Source: Escherichia phage BP32. Taken from it: DNA of 64,000 nt. This document shows positions 46,926 through 56,751 of this stretch, in pieces (positions within the stretch are counted from its first letter, which is position 1; every line of letters starts with the position of its first letter). The stretch lies in sequence record OR906198.1. One strand, written 5' to 3'. The translations under genes were made by a program, and so were the position numbers. The notes under the pieces are model-generated. The model saw only the letters and a program-made list of their open reading frames with translations. It was not told where the DNA came from and searched no databases.

Positions 46926-47468
46926 ATGAAATTTAATTATAATCCTGAATACATACCAAATCCGGTAGCTAAACTGATTGATTTTGATGTTGTAAGCACT
47001 TATGTATGCCCTGTTAAACCACTGGAAATTAAGGAACCTACTATGACTACCGCTATTGAAATCGGCAAAACCTACAAACTGGTTGAACCTGAAATTAAAA
47101 CTAATGCCTTGATTTCCGGCCATAAAACTCTGACTGATGTTTTTGGCGAAGGCGAATTTACTGTTGAAGACTTTGAAAAAAGTAAATGGTTTACTAAATC
47201 TTATATTGTACACGGTCGTCGTTTAGACAATAACAAAATAGAGAAAATCCTGGTTTATGAAGCAGAGTTCATCCTGTTCCAAGAAGTTGAAGAACAAGAC
47301 CCTACAGACCTTCTAACTCGTGCGGTAGCTATCAAGACTCCATTTATTTCAGTCTGTGGTTGGGTAACAGACCAGTGGATTGAAGATGGTGTTGAACTTC
47401 TGAACGTTGTTCATGCAGGTGATTTTAGTGTAGTACCTCGTAGTGCGGTGGTAGCTATTTTGAATTAA
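46926..47468 (+). CDS. hypothetical protein (180 aa), paralogue of next gene
   Basis: Track ORF; C-terminus VTDQWIEDGVELLNVVHAGDFSVVP resembles next ORF. Confidence 0.6.
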   Translation: MKFNYNPEYIPNPVAKLIDFDVVSTYVCPVKPLEIKEPTMTTAIEIGKTYKLVEPEIKTNALISGHKTLTDVFGEGEFTVEDFEKSKWFTKSYIVHGRRLDNNKIEKILVYEAEFILFQEVEEQDPTDLLTRAVAIKTPFISVCGWVTDQWIEDGVELLNVVHAGDFSVVPRSAVVAILN

Positions 47469-47470
47469 TA

Positions 47471-47500
47471 GTTTACAAACTCTTGGGACCAGAGTATAAT
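47471..47500 (+). promoter_or_regulatory. T4-type early promoter
   Basis: -35 GTTTAC, -10 TATAAT flanked by GGACC / GGTCC inverted repeat. Confidence 0.6.
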
Positions 47501-47544
47501 GGTCCTGTGGAGTATAAAATCTTTTTAACAAGTGAGAGATAACT

Positions 47545-48033
47545 ATGATTATTAATATTGGTGAAATTGCTCGTGTATCTGATAAATCCCGTTCTAAAGC
47601 AGCAGGAAAATTGGTTGAAATTGTAAGCATTCAGCTTAAACGTGGTGTTAAAGACGAAGATTCTGAAGTAAAAGTGCGTATCATTCCTAAAGATGGAAAG
47701 TCTAAACCTCAGTTTGGCTATGTTCGTGCGAAATTTCTTGAATCTGCGTTTTTGAAAGCTGTTCCTGCTAAAGGAATTGAAACGATTGATACTTCGCATG
47801 TAGGTGTAGACTTTAAGTGGAAACTCGGTCAGGCTATTAAGTTCATTGCTCCCTGTGAATTTAAATTTATCAAAGATGATGGTGTGGCTGTTTATACTCG
47901 CGCTATGTGCGCATACATTACCGATCAGTGGGTAGAAGACGGTGTTAAGCTGTATAATGTGGTATTTTTAGGAACATACAAAGTCATTCCTGAAAGCTGG
48001 ATTAAACACTATAGCAAAGCTCTCTATGCATAA
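47545..48033 (+). CDS. hypothetical protein (162 aa), paralogue of previous gene
   Basis: Track ORF; C-terminus ITDQWVEDGVKLYNVVFLGTYKVIP. Confidence 0.6.
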   Translation: MIINIGEIARVSDKSRSKAAGKLVEIVSIQLKRGVKDEDSEVKVRIIPKDGKSKPQFGYVRAKFLESAFLKAVPAKGIETIDTSHVGVDFKWKLGQAIKFIAPCEFKFIKDDGVAVYTRAMCAYITDQWVEDGVKLYNVVFLGTYKVIPESWIKHYSKALYA

Positions 48034-48057
48034 AGTTTAAAATTTTTTCATAAAACT

Positions 48058-48087
48058 ATATACATCAGTAGTTGATTATGGTACTAT
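48058..48087 (+). promoter_or_regulatory. early promoter variant with 13-bp perfect inverted repeat
   Basis: -35-like ATATAC, -10 TACTAT; ATCAGTAGTTGAT (48064-48076) and ATCAACTACTGAT (48094-48106) flank the -10. Confidence 0.5.
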
Positions 48088-48130
48088 ATCAATATCAACT
48101 ACTGATACAGAAAACAACTTGGAGAATAAA

Positions 48131-48400
48131 ATGGAAAACTTAATTATCATCGAACAATCTTTCAACGATTATGGTATGGCTTACGGTTATCGTGCGATAA
48201 TGGAAGATTCTCGTGGATGTGTTATCGATATTGCTGAATGTAAAGATTTACTGCAGCTTTTGAAGATTGTTCGTAAAAATTGGGATTGTGAAAACATTAA
48301 AGTTCGTGTTGTAACGGAAGAAGAAACTGTTTTTCATGATGTAAAATTTGCCAAAGGTGCTGCTACTATTCTGAAACGCATCGCTCCACTGTTCAATTAA
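48131..48400 (+). CDS. hypothetical protein (89 aa)
   Basis: ATG at 48131 after GGAGAATAAA; track start 48119 is TTG. Confidence 0.6.
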   Translation: MENLIIIEQSFNDYGMAYGYRAIMEDSRGCVIDIAECKDLLQLLKIVRKNWDCENIKVRVVTEEETVFHDVKFAKGAATILKRIAPLFN

Positions 48401-48413
48401 TGAGGAAATTGTA

Positions 48414-48629
48414 ATGAAACGTAAAACTGTTCAGAATTGCACTAATGACGAATTTGAAGATGTATTATTTGATCCAGATTTGGTAGTGGTTCAAAAGGAA
48501 CATACTGTTAAGTTTACTCACTTGACTTCGGTTTATGTGTATGAAAAGGTTGGTGATAAACAACCAATTTACGGTGTATTTCGTGAAATTACTGAAGATG
48601 GCACAACTTACTGGAAGGAAATTTATTAA
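48414..48629 (+). CDS. hypothetical protein (71 aa)
   Basis: Track ORF; RBS GAGGAAATTGTA. Confidence 0.55.
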   Translation: MKRKTVQNCTNDEFEDVLFDPDLVVVQKEHTVKFTHLTSVYVYEKVGDKQPIYGVFREITEDGTTYWKEIY

Positions 48630-49048
48630 TGGCTATTAAATTTGAAGTTAATAAATGGTATCAATTTAAAAATAAACAAGCTCAAGAAAATTTTATTAAA
48701 GACCATACTGATAACGGAATCTATGCACGACGTTTAGGTATAGAACCTTTTAAAATTTTAGATGTTGACTATTACGGGCGTCCTACTAAAATTGTGACAT
48801 CTACTGGCACAATTGGATATTCAACATGTGGTACAGTCATTGACGAAAACTTTATCTGGCTCTCTACTAACGAAGCTGAGTTCTTTGATGAAGTTGAAAA
48901 TCCATACCAGGCTGCTGAAGAACAAGAGCAGGAAGAGCAAGAACAAATAGAAGATTTCACAGAATTCCCGGTAATGAAAGTTACTATTGAAAATAATGAA
49001 CAGGCATGGTCCTTGTATCAGATGTTGAAAGCACACTTTAAGGAATAA
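48629..49048 (+). CDS. hypothetical acidic protein (139 aa)
   Basis: Track ORF; acidic [10 protein letters not shown] stretch. Confidence 0.6.
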   Translation: MAIKFEVNKWYQFKNKQAQENFIKDHTDNGIYARRLGIEPFKILDVDYYGRPTKIVTSTGTIGYSTCGTVIDENFIWLSTNEAEFFDEVENPYQAAEEQEQEEQEQIEDFTEFPVMKVTIENNEQAWSLYQMLKAHFKE

Positions 49049-49050
49049 TT

Positions 49051-49227
49051 ATGCCAATGTATGATTATAAATGCCAATCCGAAGATTGTGGGCATGAATA
49101 TGAAAAAATTAAAAAGATTTCTGAACGAGAAAATGATGTTTGCCCTAAATGTCATCGTTTGTCTACTCGTCGGCCTTCTGCTCCTAAGCATGTGAATGGT
49201 GGATTTTACGACTTACTTAAAGGGTAA
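49051..49227 (+). CDS. small zinc-ribbon protein (58 aa)
   Basis: Hand-translated MPMYDYKCQSEDCGHEYE ... CPKCH: paired CxxC motifs. Confidence 0.45.
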   Translation: MPMYDYKCQSEDCGHEYEKIKKISERENDVCPKCHRLSTRRPSAPKHVNGGFYDLLKG

Positions 49228-49229
49228 TT

Positions 49230-49601
49230 ATGTTTAAAATCGGTAAGAAATATCGTGTTCGCGAAGGTGAAGAAAAGAAATATCTACTTTCTTCTATTTA
49301 TAGGAATAGTTCTATTAATACTGTAATATCTACAAGCGAATTTATCGTTGAAGATATGAAAGGTCATAATGTTACAATGATTAGTACAGCATCTGGAAAT
49401 GATGGAAAAATTCTTCACAGCTTTCAGAGTAATGTTCTAATTTATGATGAAGAATTTGACTTCTTCGAAGAAGTTACAGAAGATTTTGATTTTGGATGCA
49501 CCATCACTATGAAATCTGGTGACCCTCTTTCATTTACGGTTAAAGATGAAAGAAGTCGCTTGAGAATTATTAGTCTTCTTCAAGCCATTAAATTTGAGTG
49601 A
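49230..49601 (+). CDS. hypothetical protein (123 aa)
   Basis: Track ORF. Confidence 0.6.
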   Translation: MFKIGKKYRVREGEEKKYLLSSIYRNSSINTVISTSEFIVEDMKGHNVTMISTASGNDGKILHSFQSNVLIYDEEFDFFEEVTEDFDFGCTITMKSGDPLSFTVKDERSRLRIISLLQAIKFE

Positions 49602-49605
49602 AATT

Positions 49606-49866
49606 ATGAAATATGTTAATCGTTCTATCGCGGCATTAGTATTAGCAGTATCTTTAGTAGGATGTACTGATGCTGATAATGCAACCAAAGTTTTGTCTTC
49701 AAGTGGGTTTACTAATATTGAAATCACTGGATACAATTGGTTTGGTTGCTCTGAAAATGATTTCCAACACACTGGATTTCGTGCTATTGGACCTACTGGG
49801 CAGAAAGTAGAAGGAACCGTGTGTTCTGGTCTATTCTTCAAGGATTCGACTATCCGTTTTAAATAA
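49606..49866 (+). CDS. lipoprotein (86 aa)
   Basis: ATG at 49606; signal peptide with lipobox LVGC; terminator downstream. Confidence 0.6.
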   Translation: MKYVNRSIAALVLAVSLVGCTDADNATKVLSSSGFTNIEITGYNWFGCSENDFQHTGFRAIGPTGQKVEGTVCSGLFFKDSTIRFK

Positions 49867-49885
49867 AAGGCCTTCGGGCCTTTAG
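49867..49885 (+). terminator. rho-independent terminator
   Basis: AAGGCC-TTCG-GGCCTT hairpin followed by TAGCTTT. Confidence 0.55.
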
Positions 49886-49935
49886 CTTTATGATTACTGG
49901 AGTATAATATTCCCGAAACCAAACGAGGATAAGTG

Positions 49936-51753
49936 ATGATTAAGAATGAAATTAAAATTCTGAGCGATATTGAACATATCAAAAAGCGTAGCGGCATGTA
50001 CATTGGCTCTTCCGCTAATGAAATGCATGAGCGCTTTCTGTTTGGTAAATGGGAAAGTGTTCAGTATGTACCTGGTCTTGTTAAGCTTATTGATGAAATT
50101 ATTGATAACTCAGTAGATGAAGGTATTCGTACTAAGTTTAAATTCGCAAATAAAATTAATGTTACTATCAAAAACAATCAAGTAACAGTTGAAGATAACG
50201 GTCGTGGTATTCCACAAGCGATGGTTAAAACACCTACTGGTGAAGAAATTCCTGGTCCAGTTGCTGCCTGGACTATTCCAAAAGCAGGTGGTAACTTTGG
50301 TGATGATAAAGAACGCGTCACCGGTGGTATGAATGGTGTTGGTTCTAGTTTAACTAACATTTTTTCTGTGATGTTTGTCGGTGAAACCGGCGATGGTCAA
50401 AATAATATTGTAGTTCGTTGTTCAAATGGCATGGAAAATAAATCGTGGGAAACTATTCCTGGAAAATGGAAAGGAACTCGCGTTACTTTCATTCCCGATT
50501 TTATGTCATTTGAAACTAATGAGCTATCTCAGGTTTATCTTGACATTACACTAGATCGTCTCCAGACACTTGCGGTAGTTTATCCTGATATTCAATTTAC
50601 CTTTAACGGTAAAAAGGTTCAGGGTAATTTTAAGAAATATGCACGCCAATATGATGAACACGCTATCGTTCAAGAACAAGAAAATTGTTCTATTGCGGTT
50701 GGTCGTTCACCTGATGGTTTTCGTCAATTAACATACGTCAATAACATTCATACTAAGAATGGTGGCCATCACATTGACTGCGTTATGGATGATATTTGTG
50801 AAGACCTTATTCCACAAATCAAACGTAAATTCAAAATTGATGTAACTAAAGCACGTGTCAAAGAATGTTTGACTATCGTTATGTTTGTTCGTGATATGAA
50901 AAACATGCGATTTGATTCTCAAACTAAAGAGCGTCTGACTTCTCCATTTGGTGAAATCCGTAGTCATATTCAGCTTGATGCTAAAAAGATTTCACGTGCT
51001 ATTTTGAATAATGAAGCAATTTTAATGCCAATCATTGAAGCTGCCTTGGCTCGTAAATTGGCGGCAGAAAAAGCAGCAGAAACTAAAGCAGCTAAAAAGG
51101 CCTCTAAAGCTAAGGTTCATAAACACATTAAAGCGAATCTTTGCGGTAAAGATGCTGACACTACTCTTTTCTTGACTGAGGGTGATTCTGCTATCGGATA
51201 TCTTATTGATGTTCGTGATAAAGAACTTCATGGTGGTTATCCATTACGCGGTAAAGTTCTTAACAGCTGGGGTATGTCATATGCTGATATGCTTAAAAAC
51301 AAAGAACTGTTTGATATTTGCGCAATCACTGGATTAGTTCTTGGCGAAAAAGCTGAAAACTTGAATTATCATAATATTGCTATTATGACCGATGCTGATC
51401 ATGATGGTCTAGGAAGCATTTATCCTTCTCTGCTCGGATTTTTTAGTAATTGGCCAGAACTGTTTGAACAAGGAAGAATTCGCTTTGTCAAAACTCCTGT
51501 AATCATCGCTCAGGTCGGTAAAAAACAAGAATGGTTTTATACAGTCGCTGAATATGAGAGTGCCAAAGATGCTCTACCTAAACATAGCATCCGTTATATT
51601 AAGGGGCTTGGCTCTTTGGAAAAATCTGAATATCGCGAGATGATTCAAAACCCAGTATATGATGTTGTTAAACTTCCTGAGAATTGGAAAGAGCTTTTTG
51701 AAATGCTCATGGGAGATAATGCTGACCTTCGTAAAGAATGGATGAGCCAGTAG
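49936..51753 (+). CDS. 39: DNA topoisomerase II large subunit gp39, fused T2/T6 type (covers T4 gp39 plus gp60)
   Basis: 605 aa from MIKNEIKILSDIEHIKKRSGMYIGS; GyrB-like ATPase plus TOPRIM in one ORF, whereas T4 gp39 is shorter with a separate gene 60. Confidence 0.9.
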   Translation: MIKNEIKILSDIEHIKKRSGMYIGSSANEMHERFLFGKWESVQYVPGLVKLIDEIIDNSVDEGIRTKFKFANKINVTIKNNQVTVEDNGRGIPQAMVKTPTGEEIPGPVAAWTIPKAGGNFGDDKERVTGGMNGVGSSLTNIFSVMFVGETGDGQNNIVVRCSNGMENKSWETIPGKWKGTRVTFIPDFMSFETNELSQVYLDITLDRLQTLAVVYPDIQFTFNGKKVQGNFKKYARQYDEHAIVQEQENCSIAVGRSPDGFRQLTYVNNIHTKNGGHHIDCVMDDICEDLIPQIKRKFKIDVTKARVKECLTIVMFVRDMKNMRFDSQTKERLTSPFGEIRSHIQLDAKKISRAILNNEAILMPIIEAALARKLAAEKAAETKAAKKASKAKVHKHIKANLCGKDADTTLFLTEGDSAIGYLIDVRDKELHGGYPLRGKVLNSWGMSYADMLKNKELFDICAITGLVLGEKAENLNYHNIAIMTDADHDGLGSIYPSLLGFFSNWPELFEQGRIRFVKTPVIIAQVGKKQEWFYTVAEYESAKDALPKHSIRYIKGLGSLEKSEYREMIQNPVYDVVKLPENWKELFEMLMGDNADLRKEWMSQ

Positions 51754-51782
51754 TTTACTTTACCACAAGGATGTGGTATAAT
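51753..51782 (+). promoter_or_regulatory. T4-type early promoter
   Basis: -35 GTTTAC overlapping the gene 39 stop, spacer TTTACCACAAGGATGTGG, -10 TATAAT. Confidence 0.65.
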
Positions 51783-51807
51783 TAATTGGGCAAATGAGGA
51801 TATTGAA

Positions 51808-52011
51808 ATGAAATCATATAGAGTAAATTTAGAACTTTTTGATAAAGCAGTTCATCGAGAATATAGAATCATTCAACGCTTTTTCGATATGGGAGAAGCC
51901 GAAGAGTTTAAAAACCGCTTTAAGGATATTAGAGATAAAATTCAATCTGACACCGCAACTAAAGATGAACTACTAGAAGTTGCTGAAGTTATTAAACGCA
52001 ATATGAATTAA
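51808..52011 (+). CDS. hypothetical protein (67 aa), rIIA.1 position
   Basis: Track ORF between 39 and rIIA. Confidence 0.55.
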   Translation: MKSYRVNLELFDKAVHREYRIIQRFFDMGEAEEFKNRFKDIRDKIQSDTATKDELLEVAEVIKRNMN

Positions 52012-52021
52012 TGAGGAAATT

Positions 52022-54199
52022 ATGATTATCACCACTGAAAAAGAAACAATTCTTGGTAATGGTTCTAAATCAAAAGCATTTAGCATCACAGCATCTCCTA
52101 AAGTATTTAAAATTCTATCATCTGATTTGTACACAAACAAGATTCGCGCAGTAGTCCGTGAATTGATTACCAACATGATTGATGCCCATGCTCTTAATGG
52201 AAATCCTGAAAAATTTATCATACAAGTTCCAGGACGATTAGATCCGCGATTTGTTTGTCGAGATTTTGGTCCGGGTATGAGCGATTTTGATATTCAGGGT
52301 GATGATAATTCTCCTGGGTTGTATAATTCATACTTCAGTTCATCTAAGGCTGAATCCAACGATTTCATTGGCGGATTTGGTTTAGGTTCTAAATCTCCGT
52401 TTAGTTATACTGATACATTTAGTATTACTTCGTACCATAAAGGTGAAATTCGCGGTTATGTAGCTTACATGGATGGTGACGGTCCGCAAATTAAACCTAC
52501 ATTCGTAAAAGAAATGGGTCCAAATGATAAAACTGGTATTGAAATCGTAGTTCCAGTTGAAGAAAAAGATTTTAGAAACTTTGCTTATGAAGTTTCTTAT
52601 ATCATGCGACCATTCAAAGATTTAGCTATCATTAACGGTCTTGACCGCGAAATTGATTATTTTCCGGATTTTGATGACTATTACGGTGTAAATCCAGAAA
52701 GATACTGGCCAGATCGTGGTGGATTGTATGCTATCTATGGCGGCATTGTTTATCCTATCGAAGGTGTTATTAGAGATCGTAACTGGTTAAGCATCCGCAA
52801 TGAAGTGAATTATATTAAGTTTCCAATGGGTTCACTTGATATTGCTCCATCGCGTGAGGCTCTTTCACTAGATGATCGTACTCGTAAAAATATTATTGAG
52901 CGTGTTAAAGAGCTCAGTGAGAAGGCATTTAATGAAGATGTAAAACGATTTAAAGAATCTACATCTCCTCGTCATACATACCGTGAATTGATGAAGATGG
53001 GATATTCTGCTCGAGATTATATGATTAGCAATTCGGTCAAATTCACGACTAAAAATCTGTCATATAAAAAGATGCAAAGCATGTTTGAACCTGACAGTAA
53101 GTTATGTAATGCAGGAGTTGTGTATGAAGTAAATCTTGACCCTCGACTGAAACGCATTAAGCAAAGCCATGAAACTTCAGCCGTTGCATCAAGTTATCGT
53201 CTGTTTGGTATTAACACAACAAAAATTAATATCGTTATTGATAATATTAAAAACCGCGTTAATATTGTCCGTGGATTAGCACGTGCATTAGATGATAGCG
53301 AATTTAATAACACCTTAAATATTCATCACAATGAGCGTCTTCTGTTTATTAATCCGGAAGTAGAATCACAGATTGATTTACTCCCTGATATTATGGCAAT
53401 GTTTGAAAGTGATGAAGTTAACATTCATTATTTGTCAGAAATTGAAGCTTTAGTTAAAAGTTATATTCCAAAGGCAGTAAAAAGTACAGCTCCTCGTCCT
53501 AAAACTGCCACTGCATTTAAGTTTGAAATTAAAGACGGGCGTTGGGAAAAAGAGGAATTGTTTACGCTCACATCAGAAGCAGATGAAATTACTGGTTATG
53601 TAGCATACATGCATCGTTCTGATATTTTCTCTATGGATGGTACTACATCGCTTTGTCATCCATCTACGAATATTTTGATTCGTATGGCTAATCTTATTGG
53701 CATTAATGAATTTTATGTTATTCGTCCGCTTTTGCAGAAAAAGGTAAAAGAACTTGGTCAGTGCCAATGTATTTTTGAAACTTTGCGTGATTTATATGTA
53801 GATGCTTTTGATGATGTAGATTATGATAAGTATGTAGGTTATTCAAGTTCAGCTAAACGATATATTGATAAAATTATTAAGTATCCTGAACTAGATTTTA
53901 TGATGAAGTACTTCAGTGTAGATGAAGTTTCTGAAGAATATACACGACTCGCTAATATGGTTAGTTCATTACAGGGTGTATATTTCAACGGTGGAAAAGA
54001 TACCATCGGTCATGACATCTGGACAGTAACTAATCTTTTTGATGTATTATCAAATAATGCTTCAAAAAACAGTGATAAAATGGTTGCTGAGTTTACCAAG
54101 AAATTCCGTATTGTTTCCGACTTCATCGGTTATCGCAACTCTTTAAGTGATGATGAAGTTTCCCAAATCGCTAAAACTATGAAGGCCCTTGCGGCCTAA
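52022..54199 (+). CDS. rIIA: rIIA protein
   Basis: 725 aa; N-terminal GHKL-like ATPase motifs; length equals T4 rIIA; followed by rIIB. Confidence 0.93.
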   Translation: MIITTEKETILGNGSKSKAFSITASPKVFKILSSDLYTNKIRAVVRELITNMIDAHALNGNPEKFIIQVPGRLDPRFVCRDFGPGMSDFDIQGDDNSPGLYNSYFSSSKAESNDFIGGFGLGSKSPFSYTDTFSITSYHKGEIRGYVAYMDGDGPQIKPTFVKEMGPNDKTGIEIVVPVEEKDFRNFAYEVSYIMRPFKDLAIINGLDREIDYFPDFDDYYGVNPERYWPDRGGLYAIYGGIVYPIEGVIRDRNWLSIRNEVNYIKFPMGSLDIAPSREALSLDDRTRKNIIERVKELSEKAFNEDVKRFKESTSPRHTYRELMKMGYSARDYMISNSVKFTTKNLSYKKMQSMFEPDSKLCNAGVVYEVNLDPRLKRIKQSHETSAVASSYRLFGINTTKINIVIDNIKNRVNIVRGLARALDDSEFNNTLNIHHNERLLFINPEVESQIDLLPDIMAMFESDEVNIHYLSEIEALVKSYIPKAVKSTAPRPKTATAFKFEIKDGRWEKEELFTLTSEADEITGYVAYMHRSDIFSMDGTTSLCHPSTNILIRMANLIGINEFYVIRPLLQKKVKELGQCQCIFETLRDLYVDAFDDVDYDKYVGYSSSAKRYIDKIIKYPELDFMMKYFSVDEVSEEYTRLANMVSSLQGVYFNGGKDTIGHDIWTVTNLFDVLSNNASKNSDKMVAEFTKKFRIVSDFIGYRNSLSDDEVSQIAKTMKALAA

Positions 54200-54210
54200 T
54201 AAGGAAAATT

Positions 54211-55149
54211 ATGTACAATATTAAATGCCTGACCAAAAACGAACAAGCTGAAATTGTCAAACTGTATTCAAGTGGTAATTATACCCAGCAGGAATTGGCT
54301 GATTGGCAAGGTGTATCGGTTGACACAATCCGTCGTGTTTTGAAAAATGCTGAAGAAGTTGAGCGCTCCAAAGTTACCATTAGCGGTGACATTACAGTTG
54401 AAGTTAAGAGTGATGTAGCTATTGCTCCAGTTGCTAAATCTGACATTATTTGGAATGCATCTAAAAAATTCATTTCAATTACTGTTGATGGCGTAACTTA
54501 TAACGCAACTCCTAATACTCATTCAAACTTCCAGGAAATTCTTAATCTGCTTGTTGCAGATAAATTGGAAGAAGCGGCACAAAAAATTAATGTTCGTCGC
54601 GCTGTTGAAAAATATATTTCCGGTGATGTTCGAATTGAAGGTGGAAGCCTGTTCTATCAAAATATTGAATTGCGGTCTGGTTTAGTTGATCGTATTCTTG
54701 ATTCGATGGAAAAAGGTGAAAACTTTGAATTTTATTTTCCGTTCTTGGAAAATCTGCTGGAAAACCCAAGCCAAAAAGCAGTATCTCGACTCTTTGATTT
54801 CTTGGTAGCAAACGATATTGAAATTACAGAAGACGGCTACTTCTATGCTTGGAAAGTAGTTCGCAGCAATTACTTTGACTGTCACTCAAATACCTTTGAT
54901 AACAGTCCTGGTAAAGTAGTTAAAATGCCACGTACTCGTGTGAATGACGATGATACACAAACTTGTTCTCGTGGTCTGCATGTGTGTTCTAAATCTTATA
55001 TTCGTCACTTTGGCAGTTCAACCAGCCGAGTTGTAAAAGTTAAAGTACATCCTCGCGATGTAGTATCAATTCCAATTGATTACAACGATGCTAAAATGCG
55101 TACCTGCCAATACGAAGTAGTTGAAGACGTTACTGAACAATTTAAATAA
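54211..55149 (+). CDS. rIIB: rIIB protein
   Basis: 312 aa; length and position match T4 rIIB. Confidence 0.93.
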   Translation: MYNIKCLTKNEQAEIVKLYSSGNYTQQELADWQGVSVDTIRRVLKNAEEVERSKVTISGDITVEVKSDVAIAPVAKSDIIWNASKKFISITVDGVTYNATPNTHSNFQEILNLLVADKLEEAAQKINVRRAVEKYISGDVRIEGGSLFYQNIELRSGLVDRILDSMEKGENFEFYFPFLENLLENPSQKAVSRLFDFLVANDIEITEDGYFYAWKVVRSNYFDCHSNTFDNSPGKVVKMPRTRVNDDDTQTCSRGLHVCSKSYIRHFGSSTSRVVKVKVHPRDVVSIPIDYNDAKMRTCQYEVVEDVTEQFK

Positions 55150-55163
55150 GGGCTTCGGCCCTT
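55148..55163 (+). terminator. terminator-like hairpin after rIIB (no clear T-run)
   Basis: AAGGGC-TTCG-GCCCTT including the rIIB stop codon. Confidence 0.45.
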
Positions 55164-55177
55164 AACTAAGGAAAATT

Positions 55178-55372
55178 ATGTTAGGTTATCAAGCACGAGT
55201 AAAAGAAGAATACGATCAATTAATGCTCAAAATTAATGCACTGAGCAAATTTTTAGAAAGCACAAAGTTTCTAACTATTAATGAAGTTGAACAAGAATTG
55301 CTGCTTTCACAGTTTATCTCAATGAAATCTTACGCAGATTGTTTAGAGAAAAGAATTGCACAATTCAAATAA
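55178..55372 (+). CDS. hypothetical protein (64 aa)
   Basis: Track ORF flanked on both sides by near-identical hairpins. Confidence 0.6.
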   Translation: MLGYQARVKEEYDQLMLKINALSKFLESTKFLTINEVEQELLLSQFISMKSYADCLEKRIAQFK

Positions 55373-55374
55373 TT

Positions 55375-55398
55375 AAGGGGCTTCGGCCCTTTTGTTTT
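55375..55398 (+). terminator. rho-independent terminator
   Basis: AAGGGGC-TTCG-GCCCTT hairpin followed by TTTGTTTT. Confidence 0.7.
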
Positions 55399-55408
55399 AA
55401 GGAAAATT

Positions 55409-55735
55409 ATGATTTATTGTATGAATATCGGTGATTCCGACATAAAAGAAATTTCTCTACACGGTAATCATCACGCTAATATTGTGTACTGCAATAAATT
55501 CGAGTTTGGACATGAAAAACTTGGAGTTCTTTACTGCAATGATGTTATAGTCATGGATAAAAAGAATCTCGATGAACTTGATCGTAATTCTTTAGATGAA
55601 AATGATCGAATTTATTATGGTACTCTTAAAGTATATAACGCTTATCTTAGTGGTAAAAAGGAAAGTCTAAATGCAGAAAACGAATCCAGGTTTACAGAGA
55701 CTATTTCAGATTCCGACATTTACCCTATCGAATAG
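55409..55735 (+). CDS. hypothetical protein (108 aa)
   Basis: Track ORF; RBS AAGGAAAATT. Confidence 0.55.
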   Translation: MIYCMNIGDSDIKEISLHGNHHANIVYCNKFEFGHEKLGVLYCNDVIVMDKKNLDELDRNSLDENDRIYYGTLKVYNAYLSGKKESLNAENESRFTETISDSDIYPIE

Positions 55736-56228
55736 TGACTTGACTAGTGAAATGAAGGTCAAAATTGCTGATACAGCAAGATACTCTTTAAAACAAAACC
55801 CGAACCAGGATAAAGCAGAAGTTATCGAAAGATGCCGTATCGCTGTGTACGCAGAGTTTTTTGTAGCAGATTGGCTAAGCGGGTATGTCAACAAAGGCCA
55901 AGAGGATGTTAATGATCCGTATACATACGCATGGGATGTATTGGCACATCCAAAATACTGCGGGCTTCGTGTAGAAGTTAAGACACATCAAACTGACTCA
56001 CGTTGGATTTCGGTAACAACAGGATGCAGCGGAGAGTATCCATACGGTTCTGGAATAAATCTAGGGCCCATTCTGAATCATCAAGTCGCTGACTGTATAA
56101 TTATATTCAACACTAAAGAAATTCATCCAGGTGTCATCCAGTACACTCCGAAGTTCATCGGTGATAGAGAAGACCTTCGTAAGGTTGTAAGAAAAAGCAA
56201 CTACAACGGATGGTATCTTTCTATTTAA
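55671..56228 (+). CDS. denB: endonuclease IV DenB (start uncertain)
   Basis: 185 aa track ORF, same length as T4 DenB and near rIIB; the 5' 65 nt overlap the upstream gene, so the true start may be downstream. Confidence 0.55.
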   Translation: MQKTNPGLQRLFQIPTFTLSNSDLTSEMKVKIADTARYSLKQNPNQDKAEVIERCRIAVYAEFFVADWLSGYVNKGQEDVNDPYTYAWDVLAHPKYCGLRVEVKTHQTDSRWISVTTGCSGEYPYGSGINLGPILNHQVADCIIIFNTKEIHPGVIQYTPKFIGDREDLRKVVRKSNYNGWYLSI

Positions 56229-56245
56229 AAAATTTTCACAAAACA

Positions 56246-56275
56246 GTTTACATACCACAAGGACCGTGGTACTAT
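56246..56275 (+). promoter_or_regulatory. T4-type early promoter
   Basis: -35 GTTTAC, spacer with CCACAAGGACCGTGG, -10 TACTAT. Confidence 0.65.
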
Positions 56276-56302
56276 ACAACTATCAGCTACGGAGGAGTAA
56301 AA

Positions 56303-56566
56303 ATGAAATTTAAATTTTATTACGCTAAACATAAAATAACTGATGAGTTTGTGTCAGTTGAATATTCTAGCGACGATGAAGGTATGATTTATACTCGCTT
56401 GGGACTATCGCATTGGGAGTCTGATACGCCTTATTTTTCAACTCCCGAAGAAATTACACGCTTAGTTAATGGTCATATGAATGACCACTGGAATGTAATT
56501 CTTTCAGATAGTCTTAAAGCGGCTATTAATAGTAATGAAATGAAAATCGCTGAGATTGAACTATGA
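56303..56566 (+). CDS. hypothetical protein (87 aa)
   Basis: ATG at 56303 after ACGGAGGAGTAAAA; track start 56210 runs through the promoter. Confidence 0.6.
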   Translation: MKFKFYYAKHKITDEFVSVEYSSDDEGMIYTRLGLSHWESDTPYFSTPEEITRLVNGHMNDHWNVILSDSLKAAINSNEMKIAEIEL

Positions 56567-56649
56567 GTTCATTGTGGTGGTGTTTCGTTTGGTTAATTAG
56601 TATTCCATTAATTTGTTTAACATTTACTTTTATGATGAGGTTATTATGA
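56563..56649 (+). CDS. hydrophobic micropeptide (28 aa)
   Basis: Hand-translated MSSLWWCFVWLISIPLICLTFTF...; ATGA overlaps on both sides. Confidence 0.3.
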   Translation: MSSLWWCFVWLISIPLICLTFTFMMRLL

Positions 56650-56744
56650 AAATTTTAAATTCTGTACTTATTGCTTGTGCGTGGTGGGTTGCGCAAGTTT
56701 CGGCAGTAGTGATTGGTATTCACATTTATTACGAATATTTTTAA
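56646..56744 (+). CDS. hydrophobic micropeptide (32 aa)
   Basis: Hand-translated MKILNSVLIACAWWVAQVSAVVIGIHIYYEYF. Confidence 0.3.
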   Translation: MKILNSVLIACAWWVAQVSAVVIGIHIYYEYF

Positions 56745-56751
56745 AAAAGTT

